IMG/VR virus record: IMGVR_UViG_3300008952_002488 | Location: 32,001-96,000 of that record | DNA length: 64,000 bases | Strand: one strand, 5' to 3' | Source of the DNA: a virus | In this document: one piece after another, positions 20,051-28,268 of the stretch | Numbering within the stretch: position 1 is the stretch's first letter | Layout of the letters: the number at the start of each line of letters is the position of its first letter | The notes under the pieces: model-generated | What the model was told of the DNA's origin: nothing | Databases searched by the model: none | The model's input: only the letters and a program-made list of their open reading frames with translations | Translations under genes and position numbers: made by a program

Positions 20051-23000
20051 ATGACTAACCGAATTGAAAGTAAGATCCCCTTTGTGGGGTTACATGCTCA
20101 CTCAGGCTTATCTCCTTTCGATGGGCTAGGTATGCCCGGCGAGCACATGGACTTCGCCTACGAGAACGGGATGAACGCTCATGCTCTAACAGACCATGGG
20201 CACATGAATGGCTTGTCGTTTCAGGTAGAGCATCTCAAAAAGATGCGAGCCGACGGCAAAGATTTTAAAGCTTTGTACGGGTGTGAGTCTTATTTTATTA
20301 AGTCACACAAGAAGTGGCGTAAAATGTATGAGGAGCACCGCTCCAAAGTTAAGCGCCAAAAGAAGGAAGAGTACGGGCTTGTTATCGAAGATGAGGACCG
20401 GCAAAAGAAATTCAACCCTTTGAATATTCGCCGCCATCTCGTAATGATTGCCCAGAACCAGACAGGGCTAAACAACTTATTCAAGCTAGTGTCGGATAGT
20501 TATCAGCCTGAAAACTTCTATCGGTATCCCCGTATGGACTTTGAGATGCTGGACAAATACAATGAGGGTCTGATTATCAGCAGCGCCTGCATGTCGGGTC
20601 CTCTGTTTGGAGACTTCTGGAAGCATCGAGACCCTGACACGGGGGCCTACGACGCCGATGTAGTCTTGGCATCAATGAGAGACACTATTGCCCGCTTTAA
20701 GGAGATCTTCGGGGATAGATTTTACGGAGAAGTCCAGTGGAATGATATCATTGAGCAACATCAAGGTAACGCCCTCATTATTCAAGCCTGCGTGGAAATG
20801 GGCGTAGAGGTTATCAGCACAGCCGACAGCCACTACCCCCGACCAGAACTTTGGAAAGACCGAGAGATGTACCGCCGCATCGGCGGACAGTGGTGGGGTG
20901 ATGATGATGGGCTTCCCGAATCAGTAGAGGAAGTTGGCTACGAACTCTACCCAAAGAACGGTGACCAGATGATGGAAGCCTATAAAAAATATTCAGCTAA
21001 ATATAATATTGAATACGATGATGCCTTCATCCGTGATACAATTGAGCGGACACACCACATCGCCTTTGGCCGATGTGAGGACTTTGTTCCCAACAGCGAG
21101 GTTCGCCTCCCAGAGTTTGTTGTACCCGAAGGCAAGACAGCCATTCAGGCTCTGACCTCCGACGCTCTTGCGGGAATGAAGAAAAAGAATATCACAGACC
21201 CCGAGTATGTGGACCGTCTGAAGTACGAACTAAACATCATCAAGGAGCGAGGCTTCGCCCAATACTTCCTGACGATGAAAGCCATCTCGGATAAAGCCCA
21301 GGAGGAAATGCTGGTCGGACTCGGACGAGGTTCAGCCGCTGGCTCACTCCTGTCTTATGTCCTAGACATTACCCAGGTGGACCCAATCAAATATCAATTA
21401 CAGTTTGAGAGGTTCCTGACCAAGGGCGGCACGGGCTACCCCGACATTGACTTTGATGTTGAGGAGCCAATGGTTCTCAAGGAACAACTAGCAGAGGAGT
21501 GGGGCAAGACAACAGTGGTTCCCATCAGCAACTTCAACACGCTCCAACTCCGCTCACTCATCAAAGACATCGGCAAGTTTTATAATATCCCGTTCACCGA
21601 AGTGAACAAGGTGACTGGCGTAATGATGAGCGAAGCCACACCCCTAGCCAAGAAAGCGCACGGCCAAATCGCTGGCGTCTACACACCAACATTTGACGAG
21701 GTAAAAGAATACAGTGAAACCTTACAAGAGTTTTTTAGAAAGTACCCGGAGGTGGCTACTCATGTCGATAACCTCTTTGGCAATATGCGGAGTATTTCTC
21801 GGCACGCTGGTGGGGTGGTTGTTGCTGAAGACCTAGATAAACACATGCCGCTCATCAACTCCGGCGGTGTCATCCAAACACCGTGGAGCGAAGGTCAGAA
21901 CGTTAGACACCTTGAGCCCCTCGGCTTTATTAAGTTTGACCTGCTCGGCTTGTCAACTCTCCGTATGATTTCGGGAGCAATCCGCCACATCCTCAAACGC
22001 CATCAAGGTATCGAGGAGCCAACCTTCGAGCAGGTGAGAGATTATTATAATACTAATCTCCACCCAGACACGATTGACTTTGATAATCAGGAAGTCTGGC
22101 GTGAGGTATTCCACAAAGGCAAGTGGGCTGGCATCTTCCAGATGACTAACGGTGGAGCACAGCGGTTCTGCCAAGAAGCACAACCAGAATCCCTTTTGGA
22201 TTTTGCTGCGGTCACGGCTATTTTCCGCCCCGGTCCACTTAGCGCCAAGGCTCACAGCCTGTATGTTGCGAACAAGTCTAACCCTAGCCAAGTACACTAC
22301 GAGCACCCAATCATCAAAGAAGTTCTCGGAGATACATACGGGCTTCTGGTCTTCCAAGAGCAGTTGGCTATGCTCGCTCACAAGTTGGGTGATGACCTAT
22401 CGCTGGACGAGGGCAACCTGCTCCGCAAAGTCCTGACGAAAAAGGGAACAGGAAAAGATAATATCAAGACCAAACTTTATAATAAGTTTGTGAAGGGCTG
22501 CGGCAAACACGGACTCACCGAAGATGTAGCCAAGAACTTGTGGTCTAAGATGGAATACTTTTCAGGCTACGGCTTCAACTTATCACACGCTGTATCCTAC
22601 GGAGCCGTATCCTTTCAGTGTGCTTGGCTCAGTTATTATTATCCGGTTGAGTGGATGGCTGCGTTCCTAGACAAGGAACCAGAAGACAAGAAGGCAGGAG
22701 CAATCAACACAGCCAAGTCCTTTGGGTTTGAGATTGTCCCGCCAAGCGTCAACAAGTCAGGGCGAGTCTGGGAGATTGCCGAGGACGGCAAGACTTTGAT
22801 TCAGCCGCTCGCAGGCATCAAGGGTCTGGGCGACGCAGCGATTGACCAGATTGTAGCCAACCGACCCTTCAATAGTATTGAGGAGTTTATCTTCAACGAG
22901 AACATCACATACTCCAAACTCAACAAGAAGGCTTTGGATGTGCTGGTCAGGAGCAAAGCCCTTGACGAGTTGATGGACGACAGGTTTACAGGTCTTCGCC

Positions 23001-23461
23001 ACTTCTGGTCTGCCGTCGCTGTGGACAGGCCACGCAAGGAAAAGAACCTGCTGGAAAATATTGATGTCTACGCACCCGAGGGAGACTTCTCCGAAGAAGA
23101 GAAGTTGGAGCACTTCGCATCGCTCACAGGCATCTTCCCTATCCACGAGATCATGCCACAGGAAATCCAAGACAACCTGATGACCCGTGGCTGTCCGCCC
23201 ATCAGCGAGTACGACCCCGACCTCCAACTGGTCTGGTTCATTCCGAGGGAAGTGAAAATAAAGAAGACAAAGAACGGTAAGGAATACTGGGTCATCCACA
23301 CCACCGACAGCAACGCCTTTGATGCTCGCATCCGCTGCTGGGGGGTGAGAGATGACGACAAGATTTCCCTTAACAAAGTATACGTTGCTAACTTAGAATA
23401 TAACGAGAAGTGGGGTTTCAGCACCCGCTCGCTTAGAAGGACATTTAGGAGGCTCACTTGA
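20051..23461 (+). CDS. dnaE: DNA polymerase III alpha subunit
   Basis: PHP domain LHAHS/TDHG, GRGSAAGSL, catalytic PDIDFD, HAGGVV, KFDLLGL, YGFNLSHA; no intein. Confidence 0.97.
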   Translation: MTNRIESKIPFVGLHAHSGLSPFDGLGMPGEHMDFAYENGMNAHALTDHGHMNGLSFQVEHLKKMRADGKDFKALYGCESYFIKSHKKWRKMYEEHRSKVKRQKKEEYGLVIEDEDRQKKFNPLNIRRHLVMIAQNQTGLNNLFKLVSDSYQPENFYRYPRMDFEMLDKYNEGLIISSACMSGPLFGDFWKHRDPDTGAYDADVVLASMRDTIARFKEIFGDRFYGEVQWNDIIEQHQGNALIIQACVEMGVEVISTADSHYPRPELWKDREMYRRIGGQWWGDDDGLPESVEEVGYELYPKNGDQMMEAYKKYSAKYNIEYDDAFIRDTIERTHHIAFGRCEDFVPNSEVRLPEFVVPEGKTAIQALTSDALAGMKKKNITDPEYVDRLKYELNIIKERGFAQYFLTMKAISDKAQEEMLVGLGRGSAAGSLLSYVLDITQVDPIKYQLQFERFLTKGGTGYPDIDFDVEEPMVLKEQLAEEWGKTTVVPISNFNTLQLRSLIKDIGKFYNIPFTEVNKVTGVMMSEATPLAKKAHGQIAGVYTPTFDEVKEYSETLQEFFRKYPEVATHVDNLFGNMRSISRHAGGVVVAEDLDKHMPLINSGGVIQTPWSEGQNVRHLEPLGFIKFDLLGLSTLRMISGAIRHILKRHQGIEEPTFEQVRDYYNTNLHPDTIDFDNQEVWREVFHKGKWAGIFQMTNGGAQRFCQEAQPESLLDFAAVTAIFRPGPLSAKAHSLYVANKSNPSQVHYEHPIIKEVLGDTYGLLVFQEQLAMLAHKLGDDLSLDEGNLLRKVLTKKGTGKDNIKTKLYNKFVKGCGKHGLTEDVAKNLWSKMEYFSGYGFNLSHAVSYGAVSFQCAWLSYYYPVEWMAAFLDKEPEDKKAGAINTAKSFGFEIVPPSVNKSGRVWEIAEDGKTLIQPLAGIKGLGDAAIDQIVANRPFNSIEEFIFNENITYSKLNKKALDVLVRSKALDELMDDRFTGLRHFWSAVAVDRPRKEKNLLENIDVYAPEGDFSEEEKLEHFASLTGIFPIHEIMPQEIQDNLMTRGCPPISEYDPDLQLVWFIPREVKIKKTKNGKEYWVIHTTDSNAFDARIRCWGVRDDDKISLNKVYVANLEYNEKWGFSTRSLRRTFRRLT

Positions 23462-24009
23462 AGAAGTATCAAATCATTTATGCTGACCCACCCTGGGATT
23501 ACAAAGGACAACTTCAGCACACCGGCAAAGGTGGTCCTGATAGTGGAGGAGCAACCCGCCACTACGGCTGTATGAAGTTGCCTGAACTCAAGAAGCTTGA
23601 TGTTCCAAGTTTGTGCGACGATGACTGTTTGCTTTTCCTGTGGGCAACAAGCCCACACCTTGATCAAGCTATCGAACTTATGAAGGCGTGGGGATTCTCC
23701 TGGGCAACCGTAGGGTTTGTGTGGGACAAACAAAAAGTAAACCCCGGCTTCTATACGATGAGTCAAGTAGAACTATGCTTGATTGGCAAGCGTGGAAAGA
23801 TCCCCAAGCCAAGAGGAGCCCGCAACATCCGCCAACTGGTTTCAGAGATGCGAGGGAAGCACAGCGCCAAACCGGCGGAAGTAAGAAAAAGAATTGAGGA
23901 AATGTTCCCAGAGCAGAGCAAGATTGAATTGTTTGCTCGCCACGAAGTTGATGGCTGGGACTGTCACGGCGATGAAGTCGAAGCAGATATTATCTTGGCG
24001 GCGAGCTAA
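23458..24009 (+). CDS. MT-A70 family N6-adenine methyltransferase
   Basis: IIYADPPW, LFLWAT, HSAKP, KIELFAR. Confidence 0.92.
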   Translation: MKKYQIIYADPPWDYKGQLQHTGKGGPDSGGATRHYGCMKLPELKKLDVPSLCDDDCLLFLWATSPHLDQAIELMKAWGFSWATVGFVWDKQKVNPGFYTMSQVELCLIGKRGKIPKPRGARNIRQLVSEMRGKHSAKPAEVRKRIEEMFPEQSKIELFARHEVDGWDCHGDEVEADIILAAS

Positions 24010-24566
24010 TGAAAGACCAAACAAATTTATTTAATGTTGCTGATGAATGTTATGACTGCGGGTGTGATCTGAAACCAGCCTGCGCTGACCGAGAAGGAAA
24101 CAAAATGAAAGTAAGAGTCCAACGACTTCACAAGAACGCCAAGCTCCCTGTACGAGCACACCCAGCAGATGCCGGCATGGATTTGTTTTTTTGCCCAGCG
24201 CCACGGGACGACATCCCAAAGCAGATTGAGAGCGTCTTGCCTCATGGATCATCGCTCTTCCCGACTGGACTAAAGATTGAGGTACCAGAGGGATACATGC
24301 TGGAAATCAAGAACAAGTCTGGCATCGCTTCCAAGCGTGGTTTGGTCGTTGGAGCCTGTGTCGTGGACCGAGGATACACAGGAGAGATCTTCGTGAACCT
24401 TCACAACCCGAGTGACCGAACACAGACCCTCCACGCTGGTGACAAGATTGCCCAAGCCGTCTTCGTAAAGATTACCACGGATGTTCAGTTGGTGGAGTCT
24501 GACAGCATCTACGACGACGAAACCAGCAGGGGCGAAGGAGCCCTCGGTTCCACGGGAGACAGATAA
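24009..24566 (+). CDS. dut: dUTPase
   Basis: AGMDL, KSG, VVDRGYTGEI, IAQ, RGEGALGSTG. Confidence 0.95.
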   Translation: MKDQTNLFNVADECYDCGCDLKPACADREGNKMKVRVQRLHKNAKLPVRAHPADAGMDLFFCPAPRDDIPKQIESVLPHGSSLFPTGLKIEVPEGYMLEIKNKSGIASKRGLVVGACVVDRGYTGEIFVNLHNPSDRTQTLHAGDKIAQAVFVKITTDVQLVESDSIYDDETSRGEGALGSTGDR

Positions 24567-24630
24567 AATACGTCACATGACCGATGCTCTATCATAGTTA
24601 CTATAGAAAGGAGCAGTGCCGATTATTTAA

Positions 24631-24658
24631 TTGACCTCTGCCCAGGGAATGGTATACT
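24631..24658 (+). promoter_or_regulatory. Sigma70-type early promoter
   Basis: TTGACC-N16-TATACT with extended TG. Confidence 0.65.
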
Positions 24659-24676
24659 ATGGGTGAGGAGAGGTCT

Positions 24677-24913
24677 GTGGCTACTGCATTATATCGTCTG
24701 GCGATTTTAGAATCTCAACCGATTCGAAACCCGAATGAACTACTAGAGTGGGACCGCCTACGCAAGTGGGTTCTAAGCGATGACCGACTGCTCCAGCAGT
24801 ACCGAGAGCAACGCTACTTTACCTGTGCGGATGAAATTACTAAAAACGAGATGGCTCCGAAAAATAATCGCTCCATAATTTCCAGATTTTTGAACTTTAT
24901 TTTCCGACGATAA
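24677..24913 (+). CDS. Hypothetical protein
   Basis: GTG start after SD GAGGAG, downstream of a promoter. Confidence 0.55.
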   Translation: MATALYRLAILESQPIRNPNELLEWDRLRKWVLSDDRLLQQYREQRYFTCADEITKNEMAPKNNRSIISRFLNFIFRR

Positions 24914-24916
24914 AAC

Positions 24917-24947
24917 TTGACAGACTGTCTTTCCATGATAATATAAT
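24917..24947 (+). promoter_or_regulatory. Sigma70-type early promoter driving the mini-gene array
   Basis: AAACTTGACA-N16-TAATAT(AAT), then SD GAGGAGAG. Confidence 0.75.
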
Positions 24948-24962
24948 CATGAGGAGAGAGCC

Positions 24963-25124
24963 ATGAAACCGAAGTTCAAGGAACTCATTAAAATTATCGT
25001 TGAGAACACTGACCCGTCTATGTCTCGCATGGAGGCATGGGAAGCGGTTGCTGTTGTCGTCCCAGAACTGACTTGGGAAAGTTTCAAACGCATTCAGCCC
25101 TTGGCGGAACGGAAGCGCAAGTGA
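24963..25124 (+). CDS. Hypothetical 53 aa protein (MKPKFKELIK...), not in ORF track
   Basis: Hand translation; strong SD; stop overlaps the next GTG. Confidence 0.65.
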   Translation: MKPKFKELIKIIVENTDPSMSRMEAWEAVAVVVPELTWESFKRIQPLAERKRK

Positions 25125-25321
25125 GCAACGAGTGGCGTAAAAACCTGAAGGTCGGCGACCTCGTTATGATGAGGTCAGACCATATGGCTATTCTTACAGA
25201 TGTCAACTGGCGCTCGGAAGATTCAGAGTATCCCCATGTTAAGTTGCGGTACACTGATGACGACAGCAACGGTAGCTGTAGTGCTTGGCGAGTCAAGGAG
25301 GTGTTGAGTGAGAGTCGGTGA
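25121..25321 (+). CDS. SH3/KOW-like mini-protein
   Basis: LKVGDLV...VKEVLSESR. Confidence 0.7.
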   Translation: MSNEWRKNLKVGDLVMMRSDHMAILTDVNWRSEDSEYPHVKLRYTDDDSNGSCSAWRVKEVLSESR

Positions 25322-25502
25322 TTTGGTAACGTTCCAGCACGAAATGGACAACTCAGTTTCTGGTGTTATTGTAAAAGTTTATGCCCCACCCAAAAGCCCA
25401 GCGGGCTATATGTGGTGCGACGTTCTCTGGAGCTTTATGCCCGGCAACTCCCCGTGTAAGCAACGCTGGTGTGAATTGGAGATTTTAAATGAAGCCGGGT
25501 GA
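25308..25502 (+). CDS. SH3/KOW-like mini-protein
   Basis: MRVGDLV..GVIV..DVLW..LEILNE. Confidence 0.7.
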   Translation: MRVGDLVTFQHEMDNSVSGVIVKVYAPPKSPAGYMWCDVLWSFMPGNSPCKQRWCELEILNEAG

Positions 25503-25659
25503 TTTAGTAAAAGTAACATGGCGTTTTGACACCCCCCGGCTGGGGCTCGTTCTAACAGATCCCGCTGCTGACTTCCCTCAAGTATTGGTTCGGTTGGGAT
25601 GTGGTCGTCGGGTATCTTTTGATTGCGATAGTGTGGAGGTGGTCCGTGAAGCCCGGTGA
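25489..25659 (+). CDS. SH3/KOW-like mini-protein, 56 aa, not in ORF track
   Basis: MKPGDLVKV..LGLVL..VEVVREAR (hand translation). Confidence 0.7.
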   Translation: MKPGDLVKVTWRFDTPRLGLVLTDPAADFPQVLVRLGCGRRVSFDCDSVEVVREAR

Positions 25660-25849
25660 TTTGGTAGACGTTTCCCACCGCCGCCGTGAGCGGCACGGGT
25701 ATGGTATTATTACCGAGGTGAGGTCTCGCCATCCCTATGATGACCGCAGCGAGGAACTTCTTGTTACGGTACATCACCCCAAGACAGGGAAGACAACAAA
25801 GTGGAGTTCGCATTGGGTGGAGGTGCTTAGTGAATCTAAAGCCAGGTGA
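25646..25849 (+). CDS. SH3/KOW-like mini-protein
   Basis: GTG start; KPGDLVDV..YGII..VEVLSE. Confidence 0.7.
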   Translation: MKPGDLVDVSHRRRERHGYGIITEVRSRHPYDDRSEELLVTVHHPKTGKTTKWSSHWVEVLSESKAR

Positions 25850-26042
25850 CTTAGTAGAGCCCAACTGGAGTGCTAGCGAAGTCCCCCACATCAAAGAGAG
25901 GCACGGTCGGCAACTGGGTCTTGTTCTTTCATATCCCGAAGTCAAAAACCACGGCACAACCTGTGTAAAAGTTAATTGGCTTGGCTACGAACTGGAAGAA
26001 TATTATTCTGTCCATCATTTGAGGTTGGTAGAAAATGAATAG
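25830..26042 (+). CDS. SH3/KOW-like mini-protein
   Basis: GTG start; NLKPGDLV..LGLVL..VKVNW..LRLVENE. Confidence 0.7.
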   Translation: MNLKPGDLVEPNWSASEVPHIKERHGRQLGLVLSYPEVKNHGTTCVKVNWLGYELEEYYSVHHLRLVENE

Positions 26043-26268
26043 ATATAACGGGGCAGAGTTCACATATAATATTGGCGACCTCGTGTCCTTTATGCAGCGT
26101 CGTGTGACCGAGGATTATGTTGATGACTTTTTGCTGACTGGCATTATAATCAGGGAGCGTTTTGTTTTTACTGCCGACAATAAGTTCTTGGTCAAGACTC
26201 CAGAAAAAGATTATTGGGTTTCAAGACCAGCCCTAACTTTACTTTCAAAGGCAGAAAATAAAACTTGA
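26035..26268 (+). CDS. SH3/KOW-like mini-protein
   Basis: YNIGDLV..GIII..LTLLS. Confidence 0.65.
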   Translation: MNRYNGAEFTYNIGDLVSFMQRRVTEDYVDDFLLTGIIIRERFVFTADNKFLVKTPEKDYWVSRPALTLLSKAENKT

Positions 26269-26295
26269 CAAGAGCCATAGTCATGTTAAGATACT
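26265..26295 (+). promoter_or_regulatory. Sigma70-type early promoter inside the array
   Basis: AAACTTGACA-N16-TAAGAT(ACT), then SD GGAGAGAG. Confidence 0.65.
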
Positions 26296-26309
26296 ATTGG
26301 AGAGAGCCT

Positions 26310-26543
26310 ATGAGCCTGGTAAAAGAAATCCAGAAACGCTGCCACATCCAGCCTGGTATGTTGGTCAGGAGCAGCGGAGGCAGCGAAATCAATAAACTTG
26401 CTTTGGTTGTCGGACTATCTCCCTCGTGTAAGTTTGACCGAGACTACGAAGGAGCAGAGGACCACATCTTCTACAAGTGCGAGCCTTTTGACGGCACGCC
26501 AGCCTTTGTAGACTACGCTTGTAACATGGAGCAGGTATCATGA
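26310..26543 (+). CDS. SH3/KOW-like mini-protein
   Basis: IQPGMLV..LALVV..MEQVS. Confidence 0.65.
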   Translation: MSLVKEIQKRCHIQPGMLVRSSGGSEINKLALVVGLSPSCKFDRDYEGAEDHIFYKCEPFDGTPAFVDYACNMEQVS

Positions 26544-26782
26544 AAGTCGGACAGATTATTAAAGTAAATAAGTCTGGTCTGGCTCATTTTGCTCCCGGCA
26601 TCCGCCGCAGGCTTGAAGGAGAGATTGGACTAGTTGTCCAGCAAAAGTACGAACTGGCTCACAAGCTCTTGAAGAATACCAAGGTCTATCCATCCATTGT
26701 CCGTTTTGAGGCTCTCAAAGGACTTGACATGTACGCAGACGGCGTTATGATATTTGATGACCAAGCGGAGATTTTATCATGA
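26540..26782 (+). CDS. SH3/KOW-like mini-protein
   Basis: MKVGQII..IGLVV..AEILS. Confidence 0.65.
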   Translation: MKVGQIIKVNKSGLAHFAPGIRRRLEGEIGLVVQQKYELAHKLLKNTKVYPSIVRFEALKGLDMYADGVMIFDDQAEILS

Positions 26783-26952
26783 AACTTGGAACACTAGTCC
26801 AGTTCGCAGCCTACGGGGCGGTCATGGATACTGGCTATGTTTCAAAGTATGATGAGGACCCAGGGTTCATGTGGGTAGAGTGCGTGAAGATGGGACCTCA
26901 GCGAGTCAGTAAAGACAGTACGATGTTGGAGGTGGTAAGTGAAGCCGGGTGA
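26779..26952 (+). CDS. SH3/KOW-like mini-protein, 57 aa, not in ORF track
   Basis: MKLGTLVQF..TGYV..LEVVSEAG (hand translation). Confidence 0.65.
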   Translation: MKLGTLVQFAAYGAVMDTGYVSKYDEDPGFMWVECVKMGPQRVSKDSTMLEVVSEAG

Positions 26953-27136
26953 TTTGGTTCGCATTCGCAAAACCTCTATTGACCATCTGTCTGCCAACTG
27001 GTTTATCTGGCACGCAGAGCACAAGACCCCGCTGGTTTTGATTGAAGAGCTAAACAAAAGTTATTGGAATGTGCTGAAGCCTGATGGCAGTACGGTACAC
27101 ATCCACAAAACCCACCTGACGAAGAGGATGTATTGA
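26939..27136 (+). CDS. SH3/KOW-like mini-protein
   Basis: MKPGDLVRIR. Confidence 0.7.
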   Translation: MKPGDLVRIRKTSIDHLSANWFIWHAEHKTPLVLIEELNKSYWNVLKPDGSTVHIHKTHLTKRMY

Positions 27137-27333
27137 TGAATCCCGAATGGAAAAGATATAAAGTCGGAGACTTGGTAGCGGTTGCTGCTAATCAAGTGCT
27201 GGGTCTTATCACTCGCTCCAACTACTGGGCTCTTGATGAATATCTCGGCGGTGAGATTGAGTGCGTTGATGTGATGTTCGGAGCACACGAATCCAAGCAA
27301 TACCCAGTTCAATATTTGGTGGACTTGAAGTAA
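27136..27333 (+). CDS. SH3/KOW-like mini-protein
   Basis: YKVGDLV..LGLI..VDVMF. Confidence 0.65.
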   Translation: MNPEWKRYKVGDLVAVAANQVLGLITRSNYWALDEYLGGEIECVDVMFGAHESKQYPVQYLVDLK

Positions 27334-27413
27334 TGAGCGAGCTAATCGGCGGCATCTTTTACGGCACTATCATCGGAGGCTACATCCTCTGGTTTTGGGG
27401 GCGCATCCGATGA
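27333..27413 (+). CDS. 26 aa single-TM micropeptide
   Basis: MSELIGGIFYGTIIGGYILWFWGRIR; TAATG and ATGA coupling to neighbours. Confidence 0.5.
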   Translation: MSELIGGIFYGTIIGGYILWFWGRIR

Positions 27414-27652
27414 AGACCTCCCCCCGCCAAGTTGAGTACCTACCTGACCACCACTTCAAGGTCGGCGATATCGTAAGGCGATTTGTAATCGGCGGTAAAG
27501 ACAGGCTCGGCGTTGTGCTGGGAACAGGAAAAAAGACGATGAACTACACGACATTACAAATGAATGAAGACGCCTGCCTAATATCTTTTGATAATGAAGA
27601 GCCAGTGTGGGAAGCGGCATATTTTCTGGAAAAAGTTGATGCCAAGTACTGA
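27410..27652 (+). CDS. SH3/KOW-like mini-protein
   Basis: FKVGDIV..LGVVL..LEKVD. Confidence 0.65.
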   Translation: MKTSPRQVEYLPDHHFKVGDIVRRFVIGGKDRLGVVLGTGKKTMNYTTLQMNEDACLISFDNEEPVWEAAYFLEKVDAKY

Positions 27653-27845
27653 TTTAAAGATTGGCACCCTGCTCCGAGTGAAGGAGCACTGCCGAAATAA
27701 TATAACCGTCAGGCATAATGGCGAGTATGGTATTCTGGCACGAAACGATAAGGGAAACTATATTACACACGATGTTATATTCCCCACTGGCGAGCGAGTT
27801 ATTTTTATGCCTATCAATTGGGAGGTAGTCAGCCATGCTGGATAG
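27639..27845 (+). CDS. SH3/KOW-like mini-protein
   Basis: LKIGTLL..YGIL..WEVVS. Confidence 0.65.
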   Translation: MPSTDLKIGTLLRVKEHCRNNITVRHNGEYGILARNDKGNYITHDVIFPTGERVIFMPINWEVVSHAG

Positions 27846-28104
27846 CAGCGATAAGATGTGGGCGGTTCAACAGCCTGGAACTATTTTACGAGCCCGTCAT
27901 AGTGCTAAGTACGGACAACTGGCTCTGGTTCTTGCCCGAGCCTATGATGGCCCGAAGCCAAGCAACGGCTATCCCCCCCGCCAGTATGTGAAGATGCAGT
28001 GGCTCTCAACTGGCGAGCGGTTTGAAGAAATGTTAGTAAATGCTCATAATTGTTTTGACATTGTGAGTTCCTGTGATACACTATCCAACAAGGAGGAAGT
28101 ATGA
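27835..28104 (+). CDS. SH3/KOW-like mini-protein
   Basis: QPGTIL..LALVL..VKMQW. Confidence 0.6.
   Translation: MLDSSDKMWAVQQPGTILRARHSAKYGQLALVLARAYDGPKPSNGYPPRQYVKMQWLSTGERFEEMLVNAHNCFDIVSSCDTLSNKEEV
28055..28082 (+). promoter_or_regulatory. Sigma70-type promoter
   Basis: TTGACA-N16-TACACT with TG, then SD AAGGAGG. Confidence 0.6.
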
Positions 28105-28268
28105 AACTATCGCTTAACACTAAAGTCGTAGATGACAAAACTGGGCTGGAGGGTCGGACTATTGGGCCTTTCACTCGCAAGGGAGAGCAGTGGTGGACTG
28201 TCTATTGGCGAAACGGTCAGACAACCTCCCAACGAGAAGAGGATCTCAACCAGTGTCAAACAATTTAA
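28101..28268 (+). CDS. SH3-like mini-protein, 55 aa, not in ORF track
   Basis: MKLSLNTKVVD..EGRTI..WTVYW..EEDL; strong SD. Confidence 0.65.
   Translation: MKLSLNTKVVDDKTGLEGRTIGPFTRKGEQWWTVYWRNGQTTSQREEDLNQCQTI

Noticed and set aside
11205-23461. Stop-codon reassignment, inteins or introns in core genes
   Set aside because: RecA, DnaB, NrdJ and DnaE are uninterrupted and of normal length in code 11; TAA, TAG and TGA all end genes.
14118-24580. Identical 10-mer CGTCACATGA in two intergenic gaps (14118, 24571)
   Set aside because: Only two copies; 10-mer matches are expected by chance in 64 kb.
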